Origin: Nitrospirota bacterium
GTDB taxonomy: Bacteria > Nitrospirota > Nitrospiria > Nitrospirales > Nitrospiraceae
Length of the DNA stretch: 64,000 nt
Assembly (NCBI GenBank): GCA_963701855.1
Contig: CAVPBK010000011.1
Span: 192,001-256,000, forward strand
Direction of reading: 5' to 3'
Shown: in pieces, positions 52,040-63,269 of the stretch
How positions within the stretch are numbered: position 1 is the first letter of the stretch
How the letters are laid out: every line of letters begins with the position of its first letter
Translations under genes and position numbers: made by a program
Notes under the pieces: generated by a model
The model's database searches: none
Told to the model about the DNA's origin: nothing
What the model saw: the letters and a program-made list of their open reading frames with translations, nothing else

Positions 52040-52584
52040 TTCAGATGTTGAAAGAACGGTGGCAGCATTTCTCACAGCGCGAGCGCATCATCGTGGCTGC
52101 AGGCGGCACCATGGTCGCAGCAGCGATTGTTTTTCTGCTGGTCATCGATCCGCTCATGACGTCGATCGACAAGCTCGATCGGCAAGCGCGCCGAAAAGCA
52201 AAAGACAGCCAGGAACTGGCGCTCGTTGCACAGGAATATGTCCTCAAGCAAGCGCGCATCGCCAAACTCGAACAGCGCATGCCCGCCCCGCCAGCCCAGT
52301 TTTCACTGCTCGCGTTCATGGAAGAAGCGACGACGACGGCGCAGATTCGCGATCGCATCGCCAGCATGCAGCCACAGACTCCCATTGTCGTCCAGGGCTA
52401 TCAGGAAACCTCGGTCGACGTTCGGCTCGACGGAGTATCACTTCCCCAGCTCCTCGCGCTGCTGGTGGCCATCGAACAGGCGCCCTATGACGTCCAGGTG
52501 CATCATCTGCAGATGAAACCAAAATACGACAACCCCATCAATCTCGACGCCACGCTGAAAATCGTGACCTATGCGAAGGTCTGA
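52036..52584 (+). CDS. gspM: T2SS GspM
   Basis: W..FSQRER followed by TM and a ferredoxin-like domain. Confidence 0.85.
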   Translation: MIQMLKERWQHFSQRERIIVAAGGTMVAAAIVFLLVIDPLMTSIDKLDRQARRKAKDSQELALVAQEYVLKQARIAKLEQRMPAPPAQFSLLAFMEEATTTAQIRDRIASMQPQTPIVVQGYQETSVDVRLDGVSLPQLLALLVAIEQAPYDVQVHHLQMKPKYDNPINLDATLKIVTYAKV

Positions 52585-53518
52585 TGAACGCGGTATCGCT
52601 CTTCTCCTCACCCTCCTGGTACTGACACTCCTCGTTGCGCTGATTCTTGAGTTCGACGCCGAGGCGAGACGGGAATACCGCGATGCCGCGGCCTTTCGCG
52701 ATAACTTCAAAGCAACGGTGCTCGCACGCGCGGCAGTGCAGGCTGCCCGTGGCACCTTGCAGCAGGACTTCTTGAAGGATAAGCAAGCGGGCCAGTCTTT
52801 CGATGCCCTCACCGACTTGTGGGCTCTTCCCATCAGGGATTATGCCATCGGCGATGGTCTGCTGACCGCCCAGATTGAAGATGAACTAGGCAAGCTGAAC
52901 CTGAACGACCTGGCAGCCGTCGGAGAACTCGAAGCTAAGAAAAAGAAGGTGGCACGGGTCAAACGGCTCTTCGAACTCGTACAGATCAATCCAGATTTGG
53001 TGGATGCCATCGTCGACTGGGTAGATAAGGACGAAACTCCGGAACCGTCCGGCGCAGAGAGCCTCTACTATCAAACGCTACACCCGTCCTACCGGGCGGC
53101 CAACCTCCCATTGCAGACCCTCTTGGAATTGCGCTTGATTAAAGGAATGACGCCCGACATCATCGCGAAACTCTCAAAACTGGTGACCGTCTATCCATCA
53201 GAAGGTCAAAGCAGGGTAAATATGAACACCGCCGATCCCCTCGTGCTGCAGGCCCTCGATCCTCGTATTACGCAAGGCACTGCCGCAGATATTGTCCAGG
53301 GGCGCCCCTTCAAGACCATTCAAGAGTTGGATCGTGTGAGTAGTTTTGAGGATATTGGAAAGGAGCTCCGTCAGCAAAACCTGTATGACGTCAAGAGCAA
53401 TCTATTCTTAGCCCGCATGATAGTTCGCCTAAACGAAGTAGCCAGGAATGCGACCGTGGTTCTCCAGCGTGATCCGAACGATGGAACAAGCACGGTGATA
53501 TACTACCGCGTCCTCTAG
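52571..53518 (+). CDS. gspK: Minor pseudopilin GspK
   Basis: RG/IALLLTL, DELGKLNLN, DWVDKD, GAES.YY, ELRLIKG, VNMNTA. Confidence 0.9.
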   Translation: MRRSDERGIALLLTLLVLTLLVALILEFDAEARREYRDAAAFRDNFKATVLARAAVQAARGTLQQDFLKDKQAGQSFDALTDLWALPIRDYAIGDGLLTAQIEDELGKLNLNDLAAVGELEAKKKKVARVKRLFELVQINPDLVDAIVDWVDKDETPEPSGAESLYYQTLHPSYRAANLPLQTLLELRLIKGMTPDIIAKLSKLVTVYPSEGQSRVNMNTADPLVLQALDPRITQGTAADIVQGRPFKTIQELDRVSSFEDIGKELRQQNLYDVKSNLFLARMIVRLNEVARNATVVLQRDPNDGTSTVIYYRVL

Positions 53519-53833
53519 CCAGCAGGACAAGGAATTCATCTCGCCCCCAGATCGCTTTGCTCGTAGCCAGACAACCGGCCTGAAAGCCGGCACCTCGGTG
53601 ACGAATGCGGCAGCATCCGTGACTGACCTTCGCTTGCAAGTTCGCAAACCCACCAACATTAATCGTGTTTCGGACTCTCAGCTGAATGAACGATCAGACA
53701 CCATTGTGAAACTACACGGCGAACACCAGCGGCCTCACAACGAAACAAAAACGGAAATCTCGAAACCTTCCTCTAAACGTCAATCCTCGCACAAGCAGAC
53801 TGCCCCGTAACAATTTTACACAATGTTAATAAT

Positions 53834-53872
53834 TTAACACGTTGGTAACACTCTGTTATCAGCCCTATAACA
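53834..53872 (+). promoter_or_regulatory. Pho-box-like array (4 half-sites)
   Basis: TTAACA 53834, GTAACA 53845, TTATCA 53856, ATAACA 53867: exact 11-bp period. Confidence 0.7.
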
Positions 53873-54063
53873 TGGCACCCCCATATTCCCGTGGTGTATA
53901 GGGCAAGTGATTTGAATCGAGGTTACCAGGTGAGCCTAGGGCTAGCACTCAGGATTGGCGATGGTCTTCGCTTCCTAACAAGCGGTTACCGCCTAACGCA
54001 GAATTTTTATCCATGGCGAGTTTGAACTGAGCCAACCATCCACCCCAACAAGGAGTGAGCCTC

Positions 54064-54633
54064 ATGAATCTTATGCTTCTTTCAACACTCATGACTCTGA
54101 CCCTGTACGCAGGGCTGTCAGGGTGCGCTGCTAACAAATTTTTTCCGCCAGAAGTCATGGAAAAGGTCTCTCCGACCTTTCATTTTGAGGCCTGGCGTGA
54201 CGCGGGTCCTTCGAATGAGTCAGGGAAATCCGATGCCGGGATCAAAGTCGAACTGGGAGGCCGGATCGTGCAAGCTGCCAAGAACGGCAAGGGTATCGTG
54301 ATTGTCGCGGAACAACTTCCCATCGTGAACCATCCTGCGTATGGACCGACGGAAGATGTCAAGAGAACCGGCGACTATGAATTCGCCTTTCTCTATTCAG
54401 GAGAGATTGACGCGATGGATCTGATGAAGGGGAACCGGTTCATCATTGTAGGAACGACCACGAGCAGACGTCCGGTCCTGGTGAACGGCATACCCAAAAC
54501 CGAGCCCTTCATAATCGCAGACTGCATCCATGTGTGGCAGACAGGCGGGGCCGAAATCGCCGAATTTAAAGAAGATCTGGGAGGAGGCCTTTCACCCCTT
54601 CCGGAAAAGAGCTACTGCGCCGCTAAAAAGTAA
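54064..54633 (+). CDS. Slp-family outer-membrane lipoprotein
   Basis: AAGGAG RBS, lipobox LSGC, VELGGRIV, G.RFIIVG, IHVW. Confidence 0.75.
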   Translation: MNLMLLSTLMTLTLYAGLSGCAANKFFPPEVMEKVSPTFHFEAWRDAGPSNESGKSDAGIKVELGGRIVQAAKNGKGIVIVAEQLPIVNHPAYGPTEDVKRTGDYEFAFLYSGEIDAMDLMKGNRFIIVGTTTSRRPVLVNGIPKTEPFIIADCIHVWQTGGAEIAEFKEDLGGGLSPLPEKSYCAAKK

Positions 54634-54776
54634 CGAGATTTGAAACAAACTATACGAGCAGGTCACTGCTGAGGAGCGGGTGACCCACGCTGCCGGCGGC
54701 AACCTGAAGCATATTTCACAAGGCCTCTCTTTGGAGGTGCCGGAGAGGGGATGAATGTCATGATGGAGGTATTCGA

Positions 54777-56273
54777 ATGACACGACTGTGGTTCACAACC
54801 ATCGCCTGCGTTATCAGCCTTGGCTTTATTGTTCAGGCCGAAATTGCTCAAGCCAGCCTTGAGGACCTTCTCTATGAGAAAGGGCAGATCACCAAAGAAG
54901 AATGGCTCAAACTTCAAGCCGATCGTGAGAAAGCAGGACCGGCAGTGCAAGGGGCGCAGGCGCCTGGTTCTGCTACGTCCGTACCAGATCCCGTCACGAA
55001 TCTCGATTCGCGCTTGGGCATGGTCGAGGAGTGGAAAGCCAAGATCGAAAGGCTTCCATCGCTAAGCGGCAAGTTTAACATCGGAATCAACGCCCTGCAG
55101 TTCCTCTACACGCACCAGGATGCCAAGGTCGCCGAAGGCAAAAGCCAAGATAACCTCTCAATCCGACGGTCCGAGGTACTCATGTACGGAAAGGTCAACG
55201 AATATATCCCGAAATGGCACACCCTGATGGAAATGCAGAGTAACAACTTGACCAACAACACACCGGGCTGTTCGGCGACAGCGGGACCCTGTAATGGCCA
55301 ACCAACAGGGACTCCGGCTGCGACCACGATGTTCCGTGAAGCCTATATCGATTTCAGACCGATGCCCAGCATCGCGCCCAATCTCAACGTCATTCGGATG
55401 GGGGTGTTTCGTATGCCCTTCGGCATTTTCACGGAAACCTCCGGCGGTATCCGGGATGTGATCAGTTCCCCCTACCTCAACTCAGTCGGCAGCGGCACAG
55501 TAACTCGAAACGGGTCGGGGAATAGCACCGTCGGCACGATCGAGTTCATTCAAGAGCGAGACTATTTTGCCGATGTCAGAGGTACCTTATTTAATCGACT
55601 GGACTATGTGGCGGGAATCATGAACAACAATAACTTTCAGGCCAACTCCGTGGGAGCGAATGGCCCCAAAGTCTTCTACTCACGGGTCCGTTTTCTGGTG
55701 ACGGATATTTCGTTTATCAGTTTTAACGTGCTGACGGGCGAGAGCAATAATACCAATACCGAAATCAACGGGCGTGGAAAAGGAGCATTTGATCGATACG
55801 GGATCGATGCCCGCTATACATCTCGCTATCTTCCCGGATTGATGGTGCAGGGCGAATGGTGGCAAGGGCATGACGGAGCCAACCAAACCACAGTCGGCAC
55901 CCCGGCTCAAGGAGCCTGTCTTAACGTGGCCCAGTGCGGAGGAAACGGAGCCCCTGGAGTTCAACGGCGGACATGGTATGTCCTCGGGAAGTATTTTATT
56001 TCGGACGGCCCCCTTCAGAACTTTGAGCCGGTGGTGATGTATGAACAGTTCGATCCCAGTACCACGATGAGCAATGACATGTACACGCGCACCATCGTAG
56101 GATTCAACTACTACTTTGAGAATCTTCCGCCCAAGATCCAAAGTAAGATCTCGATCGATTATGAGTTTCGCCACCATCAGGGGTTTGGCACGGGTCCAAA
56201 TTCGGCTCCAACCCCTACCGATGCCTTCGCACAGAATGTCTTTCTGGCTCAATTTCAGGTCCGGTACCAGTAG
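54777..56273 (+). CDS. Phosphate-selective porin (OprO/OprP-like)
   Basis: Signal peptide AQA, N-terminal coiled coil, IRRSE, REAYID, G.FRMPFG, C-terminal QFQVRYQ; Pho context. Confidence 0.75.
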   Translation: MTRLWFTTIACVISLGFIVQAEIAQASLEDLLYEKGQITKEEWLKLQADREKAGPAVQGAQAPGSATSVPDPVTNLDSRLGMVEEWKAKIERLPSLSGKFNIGINALQFLYTHQDAKVAEGKSQDNLSIRRSEVLMYGKVNEYIPKWHTLMEMQSNNLTNNTPGCSATAGPCNGQPTGTPAATTMFREAYIDFRPMPSIAPNLNVIRMGVFRMPFGIFTETSGGIRDVISSPYLNSVGSGTVTRNGSGNSTVGTIEFIQERDYFADVRGTLFNRLDYVAGIMNNNNFQANSVGANGPKVFYSRVRFLVTDISFISFNVLTGESNNTNTEINGRGKGAFDRYGIDARYTSRYLPGLMVQGEWWQGHDGANQTTVGTPAQGACLNVAQCGGNGAPGVQRRTWYVLGKYFISDGPLQNFEPVVMYEQFDPSTTMSNDMYTRTIVGFNYYFENLPPKIQSKISIDYEFRHHQGFGTGPNSAPTPTDAFAQNVFLAQFQVRYQ

Positions 56274-56403
56274 TCGGAGTCTGAATTCAACCAGACAAAG
56301 AAACGATGGACGATGGGGAGGTGGCGGCATACATCTGGGTTGATTATAATAGACAACTTCCCTTGGATAGGCAGAAAGACATCATCTTTCACTCTCCCTT
56401 TGT

Positions 56404-56862
56404 ATGAGCGAAGAATATTATCCGCGCAAGGATTACGTTATATCGTCATTGCAGCGCGGCGCTAGAGATGCAAATCCGCAACGCAGGCATGCTTCGCTAG
56501 ATCAGGCATACCAAGGACTTGAACCTCATGCTCCCCTTCTGGGGAGCCAACTGATTATGCTTGTTGTGTTTTCATTCACTCTGGCAAGCTGTATACCGCA
56601 CGCTCAACTCGTCAATGAAACACCTACAGGAGGAACAGTCCTCTACTCATACGTTGAGGAACAAGATGTGCTGACTTCGCCGGGACGACAAGATGCACTC
56701 CTCCTTCTTGAGGAAAAATGCCCAGCTGGCTACCGCATCTCTCGTGAGGGAGAAGTTCCTAGGATCGACCAAGCTGTCGATAGAGCATGGATGGGACAGA
56801 TATCCCGGGATGGGCAGGTATCCCGGGAAAAGAGCTGGGCGATCCAATTCTCATGCAAATAG
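56404..56862 (+). CDS. Hypothetical lipoprotein
   Basis: Hydrophobic stretch plus LASC lipobox; Cys pair (KCP...FSCK); the true start is probably downstream. Confidence 0.6.
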   Translation: MSEEYYPRKDYVISSLQRGARDANPQRRHASLDQAYQGLEPHAPLLGSQLIMLVVFSFTLASCIPHAQLVNETPTGGTVLYSYVEEQDVLTSPGRQDALLLLEEKCPAGYRISREGEVPRIDQAVDRAWMGQISRDGQVSREKSWAIQFSCK

Positions 56863-56887
56863 GCCCCTGTCCTTCCGGCATTGACAC

Positions 56888-57946
56888 GTGGTTCACAACC
56901 TGTGTCATCCCCTGGTTCAAGAGGTGAAAAGAATGCGACGGCCTGCCCATACATCCTCTTCTTGTGCCGTGCCATGGTTCGCGATGCGAGCCGGCCTTGC
57001 AAGCAGAGGAAGGACCGTGGTTGGACTCCTGTTTGGCTTGGCTTGCCTGTTGGTCCTGATAGGCTGCGGAGCAACCAGTCAGCAACGCATCCTCTATGAG
57101 GCCTCAGGTATTCAGGTCGGCATTATGACTGATTTGTCAACGAATGATGATGGCTCTTCCCCGGTGAGGAACAGGCACCCGGCAGATCTCACACCGCGAG
57201 AAATTCGCTCACTTATCGGTTCGCTTGAAGTGTCGGGATGGAGCGGGACAATACTTGGATTACTGACTGCCCCGCAGCCAAAGCCGTTGTTCACCGAGGC
57301 GGAGCGTGCCGAGCTGGCTGAGCCACTCGCCGCAGCATTCCAGGCAGCAACCCCACGCGAACGTGTCTTCTTTGTCATCCAAAATCCAGATGCACCGTAT
57401 GATGCGGACCGCACGTCCGGGAGCTTATTTTTTCGAGATGACTACCTGCATGTGGTCCTCACGGATCACTACGCCTTTTTACAGGCTGACCCGGGAGGGG
57501 GCGAGAAACGAGATCCGCGTGATACAAAAGGCATGAAACTATGGTTAGTCGGATCAGCCCACGCCGCCACTGTGCCTGAGAAGAAGGAGCCGCGCTGGAA
57601 TGCATTTGAAAAAGTTCACATCTCGCTCATACCGGCAGAAGTGCTGGCAGGACAACGGGTGCCCCAAGCAACTCCTCGCCCCCAGGTCGCAACGCCTGCA
57701 ATCCCACAGCCGTCCGTGAAAGCCGGCACCGCAGCAACGAACACGCCAGAATCCATGAATGACCTTCGTTTACAAATACGTGAACTCACCAACGACAATC
57801 TGTATCTGCGTTCTCAATTGAAAGACCAATCAGACACGATCGAGAAACTCAAAGCTGAATTCGAGGGACTTCGCAACGAGAAAAAGCCGGAACCCGTGAA
57901 GCCTTCATCAGGACAGAAGCCCTCTAGTAAACAGGCTACACCCTAA
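56888..57946 (+). CDS. Hypothetical lipoprotein with C-terminal coiled coil
   Basis: LIGC lipobox, globular middle, Pro-rich linker, heptad C-terminus; start uncertain. Confidence 0.7.
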   Translation: MVHNLCHPLVQEVKRMRRPAHTSSSCAVPWFAMRAGLASRGRTVVGLLFGLACLLVLIGCGATSQQRILYEASGIQVGIMTDLSTNDDGSSPVRNRHPADLTPREIRSLIGSLEVSGWSGTILGLLTAPQPKPLFTEAERAELAEPLAAAFQAATPRERVFFVIQNPDAPYDADRTSGSLFFRDDYLHVVLTDHYAFLQADPGGGEKRDPRDTKGMKLWLVGSAHAATVPEKKEPRWNAFEKVHISLIPAEVLAGQRVPQATPRPQVATPAIPQPSVKAGTAATNTPESMNDLRLQIRELTNDNLYLRSQLKDQSDTIEKLKAEFEGLRNEKKPEPVKPSSGQKPSSKQATP

Positions 57947-58036
57947 CTCTTTTTACAGCCTTGATTGTGCTTCCAAATGCAGCACGACGGCACCGATCGA
58001 CTCAGATACTGTCCTAGCGTTGCCATTCCAGCTGCC

Positions 58037-58061
58037 CACTGAGTTTTCCCGCAGCCTGCTA
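58037..58061 (-). repeat. Orphan outer TIR of family-1 MITE
   Basis: CACTGAGTTTTCCCGCAGCCTGCTA closely matches CACTGAGTTTTTCCACAGCCTGCTA at the end of copy C. Confidence 0.6.
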
Positions 58062-58097
58062 TGCACTTACCAGATTTTTTTCAATCTCCCTGAAAAC

Positions 58098-58136
58098 TTA
58101 ACAATTCTGTAATACCCCTGTCATCTCACCTTAATC
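58098..58136 (+). promoter_or_regulatory. Pho-box array (4 half-sites)
   Basis: TTAACA 58098, GTAATA 58109, GTCATC 58120 (within canonical CTGTCAT), TTAATC 58131; 11-bp period. Confidence 0.75.
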
Positions 58137-58273
58137 GATTGGACCTATCCTTCAAAGCAGCAACGACAATCGATAGTTCCCAACAGGAAGAAAATGGAGG
58201 TGTTGAAGGGATGGCAGCCTAGAGCCCGCCTTGTTAACTCGGTCACTTATAATGAGCAGAATTATTACGGGAG

Positions 58274-58312
58274 TTAACACCATTGTAACATTTCTGTAAT
58301 GCCCTGGTAACA
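58274..58312 (+). promoter_or_regulatory. Pho-box array (4 half-sites) upstream of pstS
   Basis: TTAACA 58274, GTAACA 58285, GTAATG 58296, GTAACA 58307; 11-bp period. Confidence 0.8.
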
Positions 58313-58355
58313 GGACACGGCCATCCTTTTGCGGATGATAATGAAAGGAGTTTCA

Positions 58356-59339
58356 ATGAAAACATTTTCTATCAGGCCTGGTTTATGGTGCTTTGCCCTT
58401 CTTGGGGCTCTTGTTTCCGATCTCCCATCAGCCTATGCCGACGACGCGATCACGCTCGACCCAGCCTTGAAAGGCTATATAAAAGTCAGCGGGGTCTCCG
58501 GCAACGTCAACAGCATTGGCTCAGATACGCTCAACAATCTCATGACCCTCTGGGCTGAAGGGTTTCGCAAACAATATCCTAATGTTAAAATACAAATCGA
58601 AGGCAAGGGTTCAAGTACTGCTCCTCCGGCTTTGATCGAAGGTACGGCGCAACTTGGACCGATGTCCCGCACGATGAAAAATACTGAGATCGATGCTTTC
58701 GAAAGAAAATTTAGATATAAGCCCACCGCGTTCCCCGTCGCCATCGACGCGCTTGCCGTCTACGTCAATAAGGACAACCCGGTCAAAGGACTTACGATGG
58801 CTCAAGTCGATGCGATTTTTTCGAAAAGTCGTCGCTGGGGCCACAATGAGAGCATTCAGCTTTGGAAACAAGCCGGTTGGGATGACACCAGTCCCATCAG
58901 TATCTATGGACGGAACTCGGCCTCCGGCACCTATGGATTTTTCAAGGAACATGCCCTCAAGAATGGAGATTTCAAGGACGAAGTCAAAGAACAGCCAGGG
59001 TCAGCCTCCGTGGTTCAAAGCGTGAGCGAAGATCAATCCGGCATTGGCTACAGCGGCATTGGGTACCTCACATCGAATGTGCGCGCCGTCCCGCTGGCTG
59101 AGAAAGAAGGCATGCCGTTTAAAGAGGCCAGCCAACAAAACGCGGACGATGGGTCCTATCCGCTCTGGCGCCATCTATATCTCTATGTCAACAAGGCGCC
59201 CAACAAACCGCTGGATCCGATCGTCGGGGAATTCATCAAATTTATCTACAGCAAAGAAGGACAAAAAGTGGTGATCAAAGATGGATTTTTCCCGCTGAAA
59301 GCCGACGCGATCGAGAAGGAACTCAAGAAACTTGACTAG
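58356..59339 (+). CDS. pstS: Phosphate ABC transporter substrate-binding protein
   Basis: AAGGAG RBS, signal peptide, [25 protein letters not shown]. Confidence 0.95.
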   Translation: MKTFSIRPGLWCFALLGALVSDLPSAYADDAITLDPALKGYIKVSGVSGNVNSIGSDTLNNLMTLWAEGFRKQYPNVKIQIEGKGSSTAPPALIEGTAQLGPMSRTMKNTEIDAFERKFRYKPTAFPVAIDALAVYVNKDNPVKGLTMAQVDAIFSKSRRWGHNESIQLWKQAGWDDTSPISIYGRNSASGTYGFFKEHALKNGDFKDEVKEQPGSASVVQSVSEDQSGIGYSGIGYLTSNVRAVPLAEKEGMPFKEASQQNADDGSYPLWRHLYLYVNKAPNKPLDPIVGEFIKFIYSKEGQKVVIKDGFFPLKADAIEKELKKLD

Positions 59340-61623
59340 CGACAGCGATCCCGCTTTAGTCCCCTCTCCTCCCGCTGTAGGGGCGTATAGCCATGCGCCC
59401 CTACAAACAATATCGCACCATTCAGCCAGCATGATGCGTCGCCGCATCTTCGATCGGCTTGCTCAAGTCATCATCACCATGGGCGGAATTGCCGTTATCC
59501 TGAGCATTATCGGTATCTTTATTTTCTTGGCGAAAGAAGTCGCTCCCTTGTTTTTCCCTCCACAAGGGACCCAGGCCGGTCACTTTCCCGGTGCTCCTTC
59601 AGCACACGCCCTCCCTCAATCCAGTCTTGTTGGAATGGATGAATATCAAGAGATTCTCTATCAACTCACGGCAGGATCCGATCACCAGATTCGCTTCTTC
59701 AATGCGCAATCCGGCGCACCTATAACGCATGACCTTTCTACAACCTTAGCCAAGGTTCCCATCACCTCCATTGCGCGAGCGGTAGGGAGCGGCAACCGAT
59801 TCGCCTTCGGTACGGACGATGGACAGATTATTCCTGTCACGCTTGAGTTCACAGCCGGTTACGAAAAGGGGACACGCCACATCGTTCCAACGGTCACCCT
59901 GGGCTCTCCTGTACAATTGATTTCATCCAATGAACAGATTATTCGTTTGGCCTATCAGCCGACAGACCAAGGCACACACACCGCAGCCCTGACAGATCAA
60001 GGGCGTCTGTGGTACACCGCTACACCATTCGGCACTGCCCCTGTTGCACTGACCGGTCATGGCGCAGAACCTGTAACCGCCTTGATCTTCGACAGTCGTG
60101 GCGAAACACTTTCGATTGGAACGGCCGGCGGAAACCTCTACCACTATGACGTGCGAGAGGGCGCCCAGGCGAGTCTGATCGAAACCACTTCCGTGGCTCC
60201 GTCCGGCGTTTCAGTCACTGCCCTGTCCTACTTGATTGGAGATCGTTCGCTGGCCGTCGGCACCAGCGCCGGCGATGTCTCAGTCTGGATGCCGGTGCGT
60301 CAGGCTCAAGAAAGCTCGACGACTCGTTTTCGCCTGATTCATCAATTCGACGCGCACCCTTCTCCTGTCACTGGGATTTCTCCATCGCTCCGTGACAAGG
60401 GGTTCATCAGCGGCGACACGCAGGGCAATCTCTTTGTCCACTACTCCACCTCCGCACAGACCCTGTTGAAGCTTTCAGGAAACCACCAGGCGATTCGCAC
60501 CTTGACATTTTCCCCCAAAGCCAATGGAGCTGTGGCCCTCACCGACCAGGGAGAATTGCTCACCTATTCGATTCACAATCCCCATCCGGAGACGACACTC
60601 GCAACCCTGTTCAAGCCCGTCTGGTATGAGGGTTACGAGGGACCGGAACATGTGTGGCAATCCTCCAGTGGCGCCGATGACTTTGAAGCGAAGTTCGGCC
60701 TCCTTCCTCTGATCTTTGGCACGCTAAAGGGGACCCTCTACGCCATGCTGGTCGCAGTGCCTCTGGCTCTCTTGGGCGCTATCTATACCTCGATGTTCAT
60801 GCACCCCGATCTTCGCGCCAAGATTAAACCGACCATCGAAATCATGGCGGCACTCCCAACTGTCATCCTGGGCTTCCTCGCCGGCTTGTGGTTGGCGCCT
60901 ATGCTCGAACGGATTTTTCCTGCGATGGTCGCCATGACAGTGGTCGTACCCGTGAGCGTCGCCGTTACGGCGATTTTTTGGCAATATCTTCCAGCCGCAC
61001 TCATTCGCCGCCTTCGCCCTGGGATGGAATCGTTTGTCCTGATTCCTATCATCATCGGCGCCGTGTGGATCTGTCTGGGCTTGAACCAGTCGATCGAGGC
61101 ATTTCTGTTCGGAACCGACTATAAAGCCTGGTTTGCTACCCATTGGGGACTCAGGTACGACCAGCGGAATGCCCTCATAGTGGGGTTTGCGATGGGCTTT
61201 GCCATCGTTCCGATTATCTTTAGTATTTCCGAGGAAGCCCTGTCCAATGTCCCGCGGCATTTGATCGCCGGGTCTCTGGCGCTAGGAGCCACACGCTGGC
61301 AGACCTTGGTTAAACTGGTACTGGTCTCGGCAAGCCCTGGAATCTTCTCTGCCTTGATGATCGGTTTTGGCCGGGCCATTGGAGAGACCATGATCGTCCT
61401 CATGGCCACAGGGAACACTCCCATTATGGATTGGAGCCTGTTCAATGGCTTTCGCACGTTATCGGCCAATATTGCCGTGGAAATTCCAGAGGCTCCTCAT
61501 GGCGGCACACTCTATCGCATCTTATTCTTGGCGGCCGTGCTGTTATTTGTCTTCACATTTTTGATCAACACCGTGGCAGAAGTCATCAGACAACGGCTGC
61601 GGACAAAGTACAGTCAGTTTTAA
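59332..61623 (+). CDS. pstC: Phosphate ABC permease PstC with large WD40-like insertion
   Basis: [35 protein letters not shown]; about 400-aa beta-propeller-like region; start uncertain. Confidence 0.9.
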   Translation: MTSDSDPALVPSPPAVGAYSHAPLQTISHHSASMMRRRIFDRLAQVIITMGGIAVILSIIGIFIFLAKEVAPLFFPPQGTQAGHFPGAPSAHALPQSSLVGMDEYQEILYQLTAGSDHQIRFFNAQSGAPITHDLSTTLAKVPITSIARAVGSGNRFAFGTDDGQIIPVTLEFTAGYEKGTRHIVPTVTLGSPVQLISSNEQIIRLAYQPTDQGTHTAALTDQGRLWYTATPFGTAPVALTGHGAEPVTALIFDSRGETLSIGTAGGNLYHYDVREGAQASLIETTSVAPSGVSVTALSYLIGDRSLAVGTSAGDVSVWMPVRQAQESSTTRFRLIHQFDAHPSPVTGISPSLRDKGFISGDTQGNLFVHYSTSAQTLLKLSGNHQAIRTLTFSPKANGAVALTDQGELLTYSIHNPHPETTLATLFKPVWYEGYEGPEHVWQSSSGADDFEAKFGLLPLIFGTLKGTLYAMLVAVPLALLGAIYTSMFMHPDLRAKIKPTIEIMAALPTVILGFLAGLWLAPMLERIFPAMVAMTVVVPVSVAVTAIFWQYLPAALIRRLRPGMESFVLIPIIIGAVWICLGLNQSIEAFLFGTDYKAWFATHWGLRYDQRNALIVGFAMGFAIVPIIFSISEEALSNVPRHLIAGSLALGATRWQTLVKLVLVSASPGIFSALMIGFGRAIGETMIVLMATGNTPIMDWSLFNGFRTLSANIAVEIPEAPHGGTLYRILFLAAVLLFVFTFLINTVAEVIRQRLRTKYSQF

Positions 61624-63269
61624 TGCGTACCACCTTCAAGAAATTCCTTGCCTCCGGCAACGTCTTCATCTGGGGGTGCGCCGCTGGCGTTTCAGTCTCC
61701 CTGCTCATGGTCTTTGGGCTGCTGCTGTTAATTATGATCAACGGCTTGGGATACTTTTGGACCCTGGACATCGTCGATCTCACCTTGAAAGACAAGCAGC
61801 ACGTGATGGGGCAACTGGCCGGACGCGAGGTCATCCCGCGTTCTGTTACGCCGGATCGTCCAGAAGGGAAAGGCCGCCTACGGGTAAAGATCGGGAATCG
61901 CGATATCTCTGGGCTCGATTTTAAATGGGTCAACGACGACCAGATTGTGTCGCAAGCCTATCCGACAGATACCGTGCTTTTAGAGCGACGTGAATGGGGC
62001 AACATGTATGCCAGGATCAAGGCCGTCTACAACGGAGAGACACTACTCGCAGAAGGGAATGAACCTGGATGGATTGCCTTGACCCCGCTGATCGACACCA
62101 CCAATGCTCTTTATCAACAGATTACTCGGATCGAGAGAGTTGAGATTGGCTCTGTTAACGCAGACATCGAGCAGGCGCGTTTGAAGATCCGTGCACTCGA
62201 GACAGGCGCTCCCGCCCCCGATACGAGTCAGAGAGGACAAATCGATAGCCTCAAAGCCCAGGTGGCTGCCGCCGAATCTCGTTACCAAGAAAAAACCACG
62301 GAATTGGAAAGGTTGCGCACACAATTCAATGAATTCTCAGTCTTTATGGTGGATGCGAACGGACGAGAAAAGCAGATCCCGGTAGGGCAGATCATTCGCG
62401 CCCTACGCCCGAATGAGATGAGCCTGTTGCACAAGAGCTGGATCTATCTCACGAATGTGTGGTCTGTCCTCAGTTCCGAGCCTAGAGAAGCCAACACGGA
62501 AGGCGGCATTTTTCCGGCCATTTTCGGCACCGTCATGATGGTCATCATCATGAGCCTCGCTGTCGTCCCCTTCGGCGTACTTGCCGCACTCTATCTGCGA
62601 GAATATGCCAAACAAGGCGCCACGGTTCGTCTCGTGAGAATCGCCGTCAACAATCTCGCAGGCGTGCCCTCGATTGTCTTCGGTGTGTTCGGATTAGGCT
62701 TTTTCATTTACGCCGTCGGCGGAACCCTCGACACCCTCTTCTTTCCTGAACGACTCCCGACACCGACATTCGGCACAGGCGGCATTTTATGGGCATCGCT
62801 GACCCTCGCCTTACTCACGGTTCCGGTTGTCATTGTCTCCACGGAAGAAGGACTGGCTGCCGTGCCCAGAGAGTTTCGTGAAGGATCGTTTGCGCTTGGC
62901 GCAACCAAGTTGGAAACGATGCTCAAAGTCGTGATACCCTCAGCCCTGCCGGGCATTCTGACCGGAGTAATTTTGGCGATGGCGCGGGCTGCGGGCGAGG
63001 TGGCGCCGCTCATGCTGACGGGAGTCGTGAAGCTTGCGCCTTCACTCCCTGTAGACGGTTCCTGGCCATTCTTCCATTTCGATCGAAAGTTCATGCACTT
63101 AGGATTTCATATTTATGACGTAGGCTTCCAGTCCCCTAATGTGGAAGCAGCTAAACCAATGGTCTACATCACGACTCTGGTATTGATTTCCGTCGTCGTC
63201 CTGTTGAATTTTACCGCGATTGTCCTTCGCAACCATCTGCGCAAGAAATATGCAGGGTCTGTGTTATGA
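61623..63269 (+). CDS. pstA: Phosphate ABC permease PstA with periplasmic coiled-coil domain
   Basis: [36 protein letters not shown] coupling to pstC. Confidence 0.95.
   Translation: MRTTFKKFLASGNVFIWGCAAGVSVSLLMVFGLLLLIMINGLGYFWTLDIVDLTLKDKQHVMGQLAGREVIPRSVTPDRPEGKGRLRVKIGNRDISGLDFKWVNDDQIVSQAYPTDTVLLERREWGNMYARIKAVYNGETLLAEGNEPGWIALTPLIDTTNALYQQITRIERVEIGSVNADIEQARLKIRALETGAPAPDTSQRGQIDSLKAQVAAAESRYQEKTTELERLRTQFNEFSVFMVDANGREKQIPVGQIIRALRPNEMSLLHKSWIYLTNVWSVLSSEPREANTEGGIFPAIFGTVMMVIIMSLAVVPFGVLAALYLREYAKQGATVRLVRIAVNNLAGVPSIVFGVFGLGFFIYAVGGTLDTLFFPERLPTPTFGTGGILWASLTLALLTVPVVIVSTEEGLAAVPREFREGSFALGATKLETMLKVVIPSALPGILTGVILAMARAAGEVAPLMLTGVVKLAPSLPVDGSWPFFHFDRKFMHLGFHIYDVGFQSPNVEAAKPMVYITTLVLISVVVLLNFTAIVLRNHLRKKYAGSVL

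Noticed and set aside
53520..53810. Riboswitch/ncRNA or ORF 53598..53810 after gspK
   Set aside because: Small hairpins (CCGGCCTGAAAGCCGG) are present but match no family I can recognise, and the ORF has no motif or clear RBS.
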